Origin: the human T2T-CHM13v2.0 reference genome, Homo sapiens
Direction: 5' to 3' (one strand)
DNA: 64,000 bases
NCBI RefSeq assembly: GCF_009914755.1
Contig: NC_060933.1
The notes beneath the pieces are model-generated. The model made no database searches and was not told where the DNA came from. It saw nothing but the letters and a program-made list of their open reading frames with translations. Below, one piece after another: positions 1-15,372 of this stretch (position 1 is the stretch's first letter; every line of letters starts with the position of its first letter). The position numbers and the translations under genes are program-made.

Positions 1-384
1 GAAAAGATGTTATTAAATACTATAAAACTGAAACAAAAATAAAATTGAGCCTAGCTAGGCACTTGAAAATATACTAGTCTGTGACACAGTAAAAGAAAAA
101 TCATGCGGATAGGCAACAGATAGTTTTGGAAATTTAAAACCCAGGTTTTGTTTTATGTCTTCATATATAATGCTGAGGTAACAGATATAAAATTAAGAAT
201 TTGTCAGCTATAGCTCCTCCTGCCTTTATCATATGTTTTAAATGATTTAACAGTGACATTTTATTGTATTTTCTTTTTTATTGAGATTCATTTCCTATCT
301 TGTCTAATATTCTCCTATTCTCCTGACAGTTTACACACAATTATCACAAAACACTAGCAGTTCCATTAATTTTGTCTTCACTAT

Positions 385-497
385 CCTCAGAGACTTTCTG
401 AGGAAATAATAATATTGTTTCTTTTATCTTTATCTCTGGAGCTTAGTAGGGTACCTTGCCCATTGTAGTTGAGAAATGATAAATAGGAATGACTGAA
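385..497 (+). mobile_element. L2 LINE 3' end fragment (ancient)
   Basis: Degenerate L2 terminus ending in aataggaatgactgaa; boundaries approximate. Confidence 0.45.
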
Positions 498-984
498 AAA
501 AAATACATTTGAAAACAGCTTGAACATAAGAAGAAGCTTGAGATATTTATAATATGGACACTTGTTTTTTTCCTAAAGCAAAGCTATTACTATTAGTTAG
601 AGATTATGTAGATTTTAATTTCTTTATAGAAGACAAAATAAAACTAGTAGATTAAAAAAGTTAGTTCCTGCCACTATTCTTCCCCCAACAAGATATCTGG
701 AGACTGAGTGCCAAAATGAGCAAAGAAAGATTCAAGGACCAAGACTGGTGGAATCCTCTCACTCCAGCATTCTTAGAGTCTTGCTTAGGCTTGAAGCATA
801 ACACTGTTGTCACATCACTTGACAATGCATTTACGGGATAAGATTCAGTGAGAAAGAACAAACAAGGAGTGATTATATCCTTTAAAGAGCTTTCTCACAG
901 GCATCGGCTAGTATCTTGTTTGCTTCTCATTTGCCAGAGTTGCATCAAGTAGCTTCTCCCAACTGCTCAGGAAATTGGGAAGTA

Positions 985-1121
985 TAGTTTTCTCAACATT
1001 TTCATACCACCACAAACACTCCCAAGAATGTTCATAAGCAGTCTGTAATACACAGGACACGTCCCAATGACCAAGAATTATCTGGTCTGAAATATCAATA
1101 GTGGTGAGGTTGAGAAAACTT
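985..1121 (+). mobile_element. MER20 (hAT-Charlie) DNA transposon fragment
   Basis: tacacaggacac...aagaattatctggtctgaaatatcaatagtggtgaggttgagaaa matches the MER20 3' end; a ttttctcaac TIR-like sequence lies at ~988. Confidence 0.65.
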
Positions 1122-4100
1122 CCTCTGAAGCACCCGGCATTGGGATAAGGTCTCCAAAGGAAATGTTAAAAGACAATGCAAAATGAAGAAGAATATGGGG
1201 TACCAAAATTATAGTTATCAATCAACCACAGAACTTAGTTTTCCCCAAATATCTGAAAGGTTGTTTGACTTCTCAAAATGGAAACAATGTATTCAGTATT
1301 GCTTCAGAAGGCAAACCTAAACCAAAGTTTGAAATCTGTGATGATGAACATATTAAAATTATAGAATCATTTGAAGGTTATTATTATCCAGCAGTAACAC
1401 AGTAGATGCCTTTACAGAACTGAATGTAATGAGAGACTAGTATTGTGTCCCTTTGTGAAGTCTTTAAATTATAACAGTTTCAAAATATATGAAGATTTTG
1501 ACCAAATCAGAACAAAGGCCATTCATGATATAAACCACTTTGAGACAGTAAGAGCTATTGGTTGGGTCTATAGGGCCACTAGTCTAGGCCCCCGATAATT
1601 TATGCACCAGGAGAAATGTCTTTGAGGAACAGATAATTGCCTGCATGCCTCTCCTAGACATGTTGGTGGAAGCTGCAACAGGAGTGGTTATTATTAATCC
1701 CTTTTAGAGAACTATACTAGTCTCACCTCTGAACCACCCATCAATATTGTGCTCAATTAGCACTTTGTTTCAATTGACAATGAAATTATATACTGAAAAC
1801 AGCATGAATCCATGACCTGACCAGAAGCATTCTCTAGCCAGTGAATGATTTTTCTATCCTTGCCTCTTTTTCAATTTAACAAAAGAGGATAACACTGAAT
1901 TCAGACTACAGGTGTGCAGATCCTCATTGTTTTAAGTCATCAGAAAGAACAGAATTAAAAATTAATTTAAAAACTAGGAATATTTATATTGTCTTTCCTC
2001 ACAGTTTTCCTCTTCTGGTCTTTTGCCTTAATAGTTATTTACTATTTCTCATTCATATTTGGTAAAAAGTGTCATTATACAATGTATAACAAAGGTCTTG
2101 AGAACACAAATGTATAACTCTTTCATATAATTATAATCCAAAGAAATCTTTAATATATTCATGTTAAACATCGGTTTATATGATATTTGCAATCCATGTG
2201 AAAAAACCATTTTACAAAAACATTAAAATGAAGCCCAAGTTTTTGTATTTGAGTGATTCAGCTTAAGAAGACTTATATAATTTATGAAATAAATACATAT
2301 CATTTGAGCATAATGCAATACACCTTTAAAAACGACTTGTTTGAAAAGAAGCAAGGCATATCCACTGATTATATACAACTACTGCTTTCAAAATTTTCAC
2401 TTTTAAACAGTAGACTTTTCATCAGTGTTTTATATTGTCAGGGTGTTTTTTGTTTTTGTTTTTATGATTTAATGTATTTAACTTGTTTCTCTATTAGAAC
2501 AGAAAAAACACAAACTTCTTTATTTCTTCTGCATTCCTTTCCATTTGTTGGCCATGACAGCAGTTAGATTATACCCCTTTCTACTGAAACGTTGTGCTAA
2601 GTTTTGGGAGGGCAGGAGAAAATATCTTCAGCTTGAAAAAAAAATACTTGAATAAACAGGTAATTTTTTTATTAAGATATACAATGGTCACTTTCTTTAG
2701 TGAGTTATGACAATCTACCTCTGAAGTACAACATGTTAGAGTCATTTGCTCTGGACAAAGTCACTTTCAGGAATGGTTTTATTACAATGAAAAGGAATAG
2801 GTATACTGGCTCTTAAGTGCCACTAATGCCCTTTATGAGAATGAGAACTAGATTAGCTGGCACGCTTATATCCCACACTCTTTATGAGCCTTATATGTTT
2901 TGGGGTATTTTCATCATTTTAATCTGGATGATGTTATTTTCAGAAACATCCTAAAACAATTTTCAAAGAAGCAAGGAAAAGGTTAACACTGAACTTGCAT
3001 AATATTCACTCATGAAAATGCATTTGAATACATTTGTTTAGCAATGCTAACATAGCAATCTTCAGAAGTTGCCCAGAGATATCTTTTGAGGTTTCATATT
3101 ATGTTAAACATGCAAAAGCATAAAAACAGGGAAAAAGGAAATGGTATAACAATAAAAAGGTTTAAAATGATGAGGAATATTCATTTGCTTCCATGATTAA
3201 AATTAAGTTATATAATTATATATATACCAATATATTAGAATTGTTATATACAATCTAATTTAAGGCATAAGAGATAAGTGTGTTCAAGGGGAGTAGCGAA
3301 AAAGTGCTCTTAATTTTTCTTTTTGATTTTTTGCTGTGGTTAGTGTTAATACATGTATATTGAATGGATATCTTATTTTTAAACAACAAAACCTTATTTC
3401 AACAACATCAATCTACATATACCTGATATTTTATGTAATGCACTAATGAAAGCATTGTGATGTTAAAATTAGCATTGTAGAAAGGAAATTGATAAATGTA
3501 ACTAGCAAACATTAATTTTGGGGGATGAATATTTTCTAATCTATTTCTGAAAAACTATTACTTGGTTATACTAATTTATTTGAGGGTACCTTCCCCTGTA
3601 TCATTTTTACCTCCACTTTTGAAAGAAGCAAACAATACTCCTTCTGAAAAATAAATTTTAATTCTACAGCTTTCTATGACAACTTTTTTGTTATTCATAC
3701 CAAAGATGAAGCTATGCCCATACCTTATTGATTATATATGCAAAGAGTTCTCTATCAGGAAAGTTTCAACATGAAAGATTTCTTCCCACTGAGGAGTCTC
3801 TCCATTACAGAAGGTCAACTGGTAAATGTCATTCTGTTTCCACTAATAACCATTTGATCCTCTTTTAGATTTTCATTCACTCTAGTGTTAAATGAATCTT
3901 CGCTGAAAATTATTAAATCAAAACTATAATACCTTAATAGAGAAAAATGAATGTTATGAGGCAGTATCTCACCATCAAAGTTGCAGGGACATGTCTTTTC
4001 AAAGTGAAATATATAGCTTATCTAGTTAACAAAAGGGCAGCAAATTCCTTTGCAGGTTTAAAATTGAGCCAGCAAAGTGGTGGTTTACAAACAGATGCCA

Positions 4101-4688
4101 GTTTCAATTTTCATGTTAGATGATCAAATATATATTGAGTCTGCATAGGAAATGCTGTTATCACAGGATTCAACACACAATGTCGAATTCCTGCATAGAG
4201 AAATTTCATTTTTTCATTACATTCTGTACATGCAAACTTCCTAGCTAGTGTGGAGAAAACCTAGGGAAAAAAAAAAGTTTAAGGTGAACCTTGAAGGATG
4301 AGAATGAATGAAGTACAGACTACTATGTAAGGTTTGAAGGCATGACACTGTATACAATTACTGAGTAAGGATGGAACACATCCACACTAGTGATGAGAAC
4401 AAATTTATATTTTGAGTGTAGTACATCCATTCATTCTTGATTCCTTCTTAGACATTATTTCCTAAAATTGAGCCACAGGATGGTCAGAATGGTCAGATCT
4501 GCTACCACAGGGAACTGGGACTTTTGTTTAATAATACATACTCCACAAACATGCACAACCTCTTCTCCTCTTTTCCCCCAGAGTAGCTGATTCTAGTACA
4601 GTGATTCATATGACCTGGATGGGTAAAGGGGTATATGCAATCAACTGAGTTCATTAGAATAAGTTTTAAAGTGTTAAAGAAATGATGA

Positions 4689-4986
4689 GGCTGGGCGTGG
4701 TGGCTCACGCCTGTAATCCCAGCAGTTCGGGAGGCCGAGGTGGGCGGATCAGGACGTCAGGAGATCGAGACCATCCTGGCCAACATGGTGAAACCCTGTC
4801 TCTACTAAAAATACAAAAAAAATTAGCCAGGCGTGGTGGCAGGTGCCTGTAATCCCAGCTACTCCGAAAGCTGAGGCAGGAGAATCGCTTGAATCTGGGA
4901 GTGTCGGAGGTTGCAGTGAGTCAAGATAGCCACGGCACTGCAGCCTGGCAACAGAACGAGACCCCGTCTCAAAAAAAAAAGAAAAA
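4689..4986 (+). mobile_element. AluSc, full length
   Basis: Dimeric Alu with A tail; gagatcgagaccatcctggccaac and agcctggc-aacag diagnostics; 13-bp TSD aaagaaatgatga (4676-4688/4987-4999) at a TT/AAAG site. Confidence 0.92.
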
Positions 4987-5239
4987 AAAGAAATGATGAC
5001 TCCCTGTAACAATTGCCTGGTGACTATATTCAACTTAGATCAAAACAATGCAAAAAATCTACTGTAAACTATGCCATTTCTGTATCAGGATTTTACCAAG
5101 TTAGCACAGGAGTAATTTATATTTTGAGTTTAAACTTTAGAGCAGAGTTTTTAAATGGAAAATTCTGTGACAATAAAAATTTCTATAATATACTGAAACC
5201 TTGGAACAAGAATTAAAGGCATACAATGGTATATTTATG

Positions 5240-5323
5240 GAACTTTTATTTTATTTTGATTAATTTAAATACAGATGTAAATAACCTCATGCATCTATTG
5301 GCTACCATATTGGATAGCACAAC
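5240..5323. mobile_element. MER3/MER33-like hAT fragment
   Basis: ttggctaccatattggatagcaca resembles the MER3 terminus. Confidence 0.45.
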
Positions 5324-5831
5324 TGTACAGCATCAGTAAGATTTAAACTCATACGAGTATTATCAAATCTACTAAAAATAGATAAGACTTTTTCCTATCT
5401 TAAAATAGAACTAAGGTGACATTTTTTTTCCACAGCCATATTAATGGATAGCAACCTTTTCAATACTGTTTCCTCATAAGTGTATGAATAAACGGATTCC
5501 AAATATATTTGGTTAAAAGCAAGGCAAAAAAAATTTATTGAATTCAGATAAGGACTCTAGGTCAGAGATCAATCGAAAGTGGGTCCTGATTTCAAGACTA
5601 CATTATTTTGTGCTGAGTGAAACAAATGAAAACTAACTAAAGTAAGTATAAATGAAATAAGATTTGTAATATAGGTAAAGCAAAGTGCCCTAGGAGAGCA
5701 GGAATATTTCTTTCCATTGTCAGATATAAGCATGATATTTGTGGTGGGCCTTGAAAGACTAGAAGAATAAGAGATGTAAACAACAAGACTTAAAGGCATA
5801 AAATGGTATATTATATTTATGGACACTTGGA

Positions 5832-6085
5832 GTTCTCACTATTAAGTGGGAGGTATTGATAAGATCACATGGACATGTAGATGGGAACAACACACAAACC
5901 GGGGCCTTCTGGAGTGCAGAAGTTGGGAGGAGGGAGAGGATCAGGAAAAATAATTAATGAGTATTAGGCTTAACACCTGGGTGATGAAATAATCTGTACA
6001 ACACATCCCCATGACACAAGTGTACCTATGTAACAAATCTGCACCTTTATCCCTTAAATTAAAAGTTATATATATATATAAAAAA
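5832..6085 (+). mobile_element. Old L1PA (about PA13-PA16) 3' UTR fragment
   Basis: gggagaggatcaggaaaaataa...taggcttaacacctgggtgatgaaataatctgtacaac...cccatgacacaag followed by an A/TA tail. Confidence 0.85.
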
Positions 6086-6149
6086 CAGTGAAGTTTGAAG
6101 TGATGCTAAAAGAGCAATCTGGCAATAGGACATGAAAGGTCATGATGCT

Positions 6150-6380
6150 ATGTCTGGAAATCTGAAACTTACTCTGTGGATGATAGAGCCAAAAATATTT
6201 TAAGTATAACAACATGATTTGATCTCTGCATTAGGAAGATAGCTCTATGGCAATATCTGGGGATGACTGCAAAGGTAAGAAATTACAGGCAAGGAAACCA
6301 GTGAAGAAGTTACTAGCTATAATTCAAGAATGATAAATACTTGAATCAGGCTAGTATTTTAGAAGGTATGCAAAGTAAAG
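6150..6380 (-). mobile_element. L2 fragment
   Basis: catgatttgatctctgcattaggaagatagctct...gaaaccagtgaagaagttact resembles antisense L2. Confidence 0.5.
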
Positions 6381-6719
6381 GCTATCTTTCTGGGCCATTG
6401 CAAAGTTGGGAGGTGATTACTGAATAAACCAAGCATCTTCGGGAGAGGAGACAAAAACAGTCTGTGCCATTTCATTTCAAGGCCTGGAATAAAGACTGAT
6501 GACACTAAAAGAGAAGGTTTGGTTCTAAAATACTTCTTTATTTTCCTGATTTTTAGGTTTTTTGTTTCAATTGGAAAATTCCTAGTATTTTTGTGATGTC
6601 AGTGAAGAAACTGATGATTAAAGAGAAAGAACATGAGTTAAACAGAATGTACAATTCAGAAACTAGGTTTTCAATTATAGTTATATTTTTAGGAAAAAAG
6701 GTAATGCAAATCTAATTTT

Positions 6720-7200
6720 AAAATTCAGTCAATACGAAAGTGTGTAACACAAAATAAAAAGCAAAATTAACCTCACACCTACCTGTTAAAAGAGTTTCCA
6801 CTGTTAGTAATTTGCAGTATTTACTTTCATAACTTTTTCTACATATGTATAAACATATATACATTTTTAAAATATGAATTATTTCTCTTCACTGTATATT
6901 TGTATGCAGAAATATCTATAATGCATACCTAATAGCAATGCTGAATTATATACTTGCTTGAGTTGCATAATGTTGCAGCCCTACAGGTACATATTTTTAT
7001 TTACACAACTTGGATGATTTTCATTCAGTGAAACAATTTATTAATTTATTCCTTCCATGTCAATGTACGTAGAGCTTTATTATTATTTTCCATAGTTTTC
7101 AGGGTATTCCATAACACAGACACATCACCATTTATTCTTTCTGTAGTAGACATTTAGGGGATTTAAAATGTTTACATTATAAATACTGACAATTTAGTAA
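6720..7200 (-). mobile_element. L1ME-type 3' fragment (ancient)
   Basis: Degenerate antisense L1M 3' UTR motifs (ccactgttagtaatttg, gtattccata, gacatttagg). Confidence 0.4.
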
Positions 7201-9583
7201 TTAGTGTCTTAGAGAATTTATTCCAAGTTAAAAACAAAAATAGAGATTTAATGTAAGTCCAACTGAGAAATCTATAAAGTAGGCAAAATTTTAAAGTTAT
7301 CATACACATAAAAATTCAAATGTATTCTTATCTACTCGTAGTTTTAGTAACTCCTCTGATAAAAAAGAGATCATAGTAGAAATAATCAGATATGAAAAAA
7401 ATTAAAGATTTAAAAATTTGGTATGTATTACTCTCCACTGAAGACATGATCTTATTGGTAATTATTGGAACATCATGCTATCTATATACCTATTATTTTA
7501 GATATTTATCTATCCACATAGTTTCCACGTCATGCTGACACACACACATCCAGGTGTACACACACAATTTGGGCCCTTTTACACTATATCATTTTAAAGT
7601 GATACGTGCTGAGATTTCATCTATGAAATAGTCACCCAATTACAGTTCAGAGAATCTCCATCTGAAAAGAGATGAACACAATTTTCACCTTGTGAATATT
7701 CAGAAATTGAATCCAGGGAAGAAATTTACTGCTAGTGAACATTGTTTGTATATGAAAAATGAGAACCTAGGAAGTGGCTATTTTCATAATGATATAAATC
7801 TGGAAACACAACTAGAAATACACTTCAGCTAAGTAAGAATTGCAAAGAACTTTGTACTCATTCAAATGAAATTATTTTCTGGCAGGGAATTTCTTTTTTC
7901 AGTTTCTCTTTAATTTCATTCAGCTCAATTCTATTTTGTAATTACCACCTTCATAAAAAGTAATCATAATAACCAGTTCTTCTGAAGGTAGAGAAACAAG
8001 AATATGGCCAACTAATTACAAACGTTTGGGAACACTTATCAATAAAATGTATAAAACCAATTCATTTTCTGCCAATAACATGATCATGTATGTCTCAAAT
8101 CACAAAAGACGATGAATTATGCAATTATTTTTCTCTTGAGATCCTTAAAGATTGGAGTAAGAATAAGGAAGTTATATTATTTTTCCATAGGGACTAAAAC
8201 GTAATCCACATGCTTTAATATAATGGGCTGCTTGTTTGCCTTTCTGTGAGACAAGGCAAGCATATCCACCATACACATGGCATTGATCAGTCAATAAATC
8301 TTGCTATGCCAAAACCACAAATTTAATTGGGTCAGCATTAGGGATCCCATATATTAGTTTTTCTCACGACCAATCCCGTTTGGGAAGATTCTAATACATC
8401 TTCAAATGCAACTTCTCTATTGTAAAACTGATAGGTCTAGAAAATGTGGAGAAATACAGTGGGAGGAGAGGAAAAGAAGGGGAGAAAAGAGAGACGAGAG
8501 AGGAGAGAGAGGGAAGAATGGGGAGAGAGACAATATATGTTTTTAAACATTTGGAAACCATTTGCTTCCTTTTTTCTTTTACATAAGGCAAATAAGACAA
8601 TATGCATAGAAGTACTTTATGTTTCAATTTTGAGAGGAATAAGTTAAGAAATGTGATCCTAGGCTTATTGTAAGGGATAGACTCATTCTCTTATCTTCTA
8701 GGAGCAATTTTTCTTAGTGGTTTTTGAAACTGCTGACCAACCATTGTCATTAAAACCCTCTCTCGGTTTCTAAAATACTGAATTTTCCTTATACCTTATA
8801 ATCTTCTTGACTACTTTGACTTAACTTTTGACTTAGTTTCTATTTACAATCTACCATAAAATAGAAATGTTCAATAATTATTTATATTCTCTCTGTGTGT
8901 ACACATAAACACACACACACTTCCACAATCCTGTTAGAAAGTTATTATTTCTAATTTATAATAAGAATACAATGAAATTGTCCATTTAATAGGAAAGCCC
9001 AAGATAAGATAGTAAATCCTGAAGCCACAATACAAACACAATTCAGTCTGATTTCTAAGACTATGTTCTCTCGTCACGCCATGCTACATGTGCCCTTAAT
9101 ACCATGGTTCAACGTTCTTCAGTTCTCTTACTGTCATCATTTATAATTGCCTTTTGAGAGATCTCATCCATTCTTAAGATTTGAAGGTCCACTTCTGCAT
9201 GGATGGCATGCAACATCTCCAGTACTGGCATTTTCCATATATTGCAGTACCACTTTGGAAATGCACTGACTCTTTAAAAGCCACATAAATGTTCAGCCAT
9301 TAAATTCAAAGTTATTATGTCTTAATAAAAATGATTTCCTCCCATCTCAAATCATTATTTTCTTTCAACTATCATATACAATAACCTGTTACACAAATCC
9401 ATACATTGTTTATGGTATATTGAAACCATATTTTTATCTTCATTTTTGTCTGTAAAAGATAATCTATTATTGAATTCTTTCGCACATCACTCTAAACTCT
9501 TTTGCATTTTTCTCTTATCCACTTTTACTTTCAAGATTTTTATCTAACCGCTTTATCCCCTACATTGTGATTCATACGCAGTC

Positions 9584-9730
9584 CCTGGGAAGTGAGGAGT
9601 GCCTCTGCCCAACCACCATGCAACCCTCCATGTGTGAAGTGGCAGCCTTATGTGTGATCTTTCTGCCCTCCCCAAGTTTGCATTTTCGACACTAAAGTTT
9701 ACTTTTACATTAAAAATAATAATAATAATA
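9584..9730 (+). mobile_element. SVA2 element, 5'-truncated (last VNTR unit, SVA2-specific 3' unique region, A-rich tail)
   Basis: ctgggaagtgaggagtgcctctgccc (SVA VNTR unit) followed by gcaaccctccatgtgtgaagtggcagccttatgtgtgatctttctgccctccccaagtttgcattttcgacactaaagtttactttt, which is not SINE-R, then aaaaat(aat)n. Confidence 0.8.
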
Positions 9731-9801
9731 TAGAAAAAGGTTTTCCTATTACAGTTTCTGTTTCTAAATTCTGCCTTAAATCCAGGTTTTATAAAACTAT
9801 C

Positions 9802-10131
<330 letters not shown>

Positions 10132-10816
10132 TCATATCACTCTAATACCTTAAGATATATTATCAAAATCTCCTACTTAATCAAGCCCTGTAAACTCCCA
10201 TCAGTGAAACTCATACATACGTGGGACAGGGAAAAAAACAAAAAAACACCTTTTCTTATTGCTGGAAACTTAGAGTAGTTTTGAATTAGAAATTCAGAGT
10301 TGCTTTGAGTTACTGTTATTCCATGAGAAAAACAGTATTTTATGGATATTTCTAAACTTAAAAAGATAGATCTAACCAAAGATGGCTTCTCCCAGTGATT
10401 TTTGATCTTTCTAGGGGCAGTATATCATCCATTGCAGGAAGCTGTGGTGCTATCAGAAGCTGAAACATCAAGAACCCAGATTATTCACATTCCCCTGCCT
10501 CCTATCTCCTCTCTCTCTCCTTCCCCCACTGCCCCACTCATTGATCATTTACTATTTCTTTTCACAGTGAATTATGCTTTTATCATGAATAGTATCTAGG
10601 TTTATAAGTGTACAGTAATATAAATTCTAAATTCTTCGTTTAAATGTATTAATTTTCTCTCATACTTTACATCCTAGAACGATTATCTTGGATTATGGTG
10701 TTCCTAGACATTCTTGGAGTATTCTTTATCCCAAACTATTTCAAATTTAGAGCTTCAATCTCTAAAAGACTGTTAGTAAAATTAATTTATTATTTTACCT
10801 GCTCACCTCTTTGCTA

Positions 10817-11132
10817 CAGTGGGTCTTTCCTATCTGTGGATTCTATATCCATGGACTCAAAGAGACACAGATTGAAAATATTTGAGAAAAAACAATAAAA
10901 ATTGCAATACAATAAAAATAATACAAAAAATACAGCATAACAACTATTTACAGAGCATTTACATTGTATTAGGCATGATAAGTAATCTAGAGTTTATTTA
11001 AATTATATAGGAGGATGTGTGTGAGTTTTATGTAAATACTATACCATTTTTAATCAGGGACTAGAGCATCTGCAGATTTCGATATCTGAGGGGTCTTGAA
11101 ACCAATACTTCACAAATACTAAAAGAAGATTG
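10817..11132 (+). mobile_element. MER2 (TcMar-Tigger MITE), full length
   Basis: cagtgggtctttcctatctgtggattc ... ttgtattaggcatgataagtaatctagag ... aaagaagattg, flanked by TA on both sides. Confidence 0.85.
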
Positions 11133-11954
11133 TACTTCTGTATCTATCTGTTATTTGTACAATTGAAAGATTCAGATTCTTCCCTTTTTATCTCAGTTTA
11201 TAAGCACCCCCCATAGTTTTTCTTTCATGTAAACAAATGATGGACCATTTAAAACAGAAATTTCATGCCAACATTCTTAGTGTTTAAATCTCTTCATTTA
11301 TGTTCTACCTTCCATGATGATCACAAGTACTGGATCACTGTACCAATTTTTTTTCTCTTTCTGTATCTTGATATCAGAATGCCATTAGAGGAAACCACGT
11401 ATTTGTGTAGATTATGACACTCTAAACCTCATCTGGTCTATATGAACTAGTTAAACATGATCTTTATCAGTCACCTTTTCCATTTCCCACATAAGTTATT
11501 CCAAATGGATACCAAGCACCTCAAGTCCCTCATATTTCCACCGCTACAAATGCAAAGGGTGAATATAATCATATGGGAAATTGTGGTTATTAGTAAGATT
11601 CCTTCAATGTCCTGTCTGTATCTCTTTATATAACAAATAAAAAGAAAAGCAACCGAATTAGAATTTTACTCATTTTCACATCTTTTTCTATAGGCCCACA
11701 GGATGAGCTTTTCACCATTCCCTTTTTAGAGGGGATTTTTCCACCAGTGACTTTGATTTCTATACTTTCATTTCTACCATAACCTGAATTCTGATCTCAA
11801 GTATTTTCAACTAATGTTCAGACACGGTGGCTCTGTCATAGTTCTTACAGTCAAGTCTCTTATTTTTCTCTCACAATTTCCACCTCCGAGTAGAAACTAC
11901 CCTAAATCCTCGCCTTTCATTTTCAGTCAAGTTTCTGAAAAGAATATTCTATGA

Positions 11955-12490
<536 letters not shown>

Positions 12491-12936
12491 TTCTACGAAC
12501 TCAGACAATGGTTTCTCATTCCTCTCTCATGTACTCCAAATACTTTCTACTTCTACTTCTCCCCCAAAACAGTTCTTTTGAAGGGCACTAATATCTCCCT
12601 TGATTTCCAAGTGCAGTTAATTATTTTTAGTTTTTGTATTATTTTTTCATACTGAGTCTCAACTTTTCTTTAAAAGCCTTGCTTTCTATGACATCATTCT
12701 TTCCAAATCCATTTCTATATTTTTCTCAGTTGTCAGTTCTGGTTCTTTTTCTCCTTCCTTCCTCTCAAAGGCCACTGTTTTCCAACCTTCTGCTCTTTGC
12801 TCCTTTTTCGTCCTTCTTTGTAAGCACCCTCATGACTCCCTCCTCTTGCAGGGTTCCATTATTACACATTTTGTTTCTGTAGCCCGTACAGACTTTTGCT
12901 GTATAACATCAGATTCATATTTAAGAACCTACTAAT

Positions 12937-13252
<316 letters not shown>

Positions 13253-13352
13253 CTACTAAGTCCTTCCAGAATGGTGTTCCAGATCCACCTAAAATACCAC
13301 GTTTCTGTCAAACAGCAGCTTCTCCACCTGAACTATTCTTTCTTTAGTATCA

Positions 13353-13840
<488 letters not shown>

Positions 13841-13870
13841 GTTAGGAAGCACAAGAATGAATTTTAGTAT

Positions 13871-14047
13871 CAGGGTATTCAAAGGTGGTTTCATATTAGA
13901 ATCACCAGGAGAGCAATTTTTAAATACTATTGTAGACCCAAACCCATTTCAACTGAATAAGAATCTCTGAGGTTGGATTTCAGGAATTCGTATTTTTTTA
14001 AAGTTCCCCAGGTGATGCTTATGTGTAGGCAAGGTTGAAAACCATTG
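13871..14047. mobile_element. MER5A, near full length
   Basis: attagaatcaccaggagagc...actgaataagaatctctg...tccccaggtgatgcttatg...ggttgaaaaccattg. Confidence 0.8.
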
Positions 14048-15358
14048 CTTTAGTAGTTTCATCTCAATGAATGGCACTGTTTTCCACACAATTGCTCATC
14101 CAGGACTGGGAGTCATGTTAAACCCAGACTTTATCCTCACCTTTCTCTTATTCCACACTCAAATAAAATCCACATCCCATGAATCCTACATTTATAAAAT
14201 ATTCCTTTTAAACATCTTCCCTTGAATGTCTAATGGCCATTTCAAGTTTTAGCATACATAAAATTAAGTTTTTGACATTTCTACCCAAAACAGGACTTGC
14301 AAAGTCCAAAATATCATTTTGACATTTTTTCCTAAAATAATACTACAAATAAAAAATCAGTATTGCCAATTTTTTGAAGCGAACTTATTTGAATAATATA
14401 GACTTTTTAAAAAGATCTTTGGATTTTGTTTTTCTTTGTTCCTTTAGGAAAGAGTATTAAATAATAATATTTAAGATTATAGTACTTTGAGTATATTTAG
14501 ATAGAATGATAGAACAAGAAATTTAAAGAACTTCTGTTGTTGGAAGAAAAAAACTTATAAAAAGATTTCATCTCTTTGTCATGAATTAAAAACAAACATT
14601 TTAAATGTCAATAAATTTCCAAAGGAAATTTGGCTTATAGTAAAAAAAAGGAAGAAGTAGTAGTATATTGAGAGTTAGTCTCAGCTCCTTGAACTTGAGA
14701 TGTTTCTGTCTATGCCTGTTTCTTGTCTTTTTAAAAATAATTTAAATTTAGAGCAATAATCTGTTATATTATCCTCTGTTTTTAATATTGATTCATATAA
14801 TTTCTTAGTGTGCTGCTTCTTTTGTTCTTTCAAGAAAAATGAAACTACCCAGAGATGGATTTCCAATCTAAGTTTTCACTACCTTTTGTGCTCCTGAGAG
14901 CCAGTAAATCCAGTCTGTTTTGATAATATTTTAGCCATGACACAGGCCAGTCATGGCAAGGAAAAAAAAATGAATTCATAAGAAAAAAATCTGTATATTT
15001 GTGAAAAAATCAGGATCTATCATATCCCAAGTTTATTTGGTGGCATTAACATATAATAGTCCATTTGCTTACTCCCCATAAATATGTAAAAAGGCAAAGA
15101 GAAAGTAAAAAATAAAATTATTCTTCCACTCACACAAGTGGCTGAATAGGCCTAATCAATATTAACTTCATTGTTCCCCCATAATTCTATATGTTTAGCT
15201 TTTAAACATCTATCTTTTAAATATGCTATTTTTATTAATTTGAAGTTAATCAACTAAAATACGTTCATTCCTTTCACTTTACCAGTATTACAAGTGACTG
15301 TCTAGGAGCCTGAGTTCTAATGAGGCAGCCATTCCAAACATGTACAGACAAAGCAGTG

Positions 15359-15372
15359 GTTTCCCTGGCAAC
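15359..15372. promoter_or_regulatory. Candidate RFX X-box in repeat-free DNA
   Basis: gtttccctggcaac fits GTTNCCNTGGNAAC; motif match only. Confidence 0.35.
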
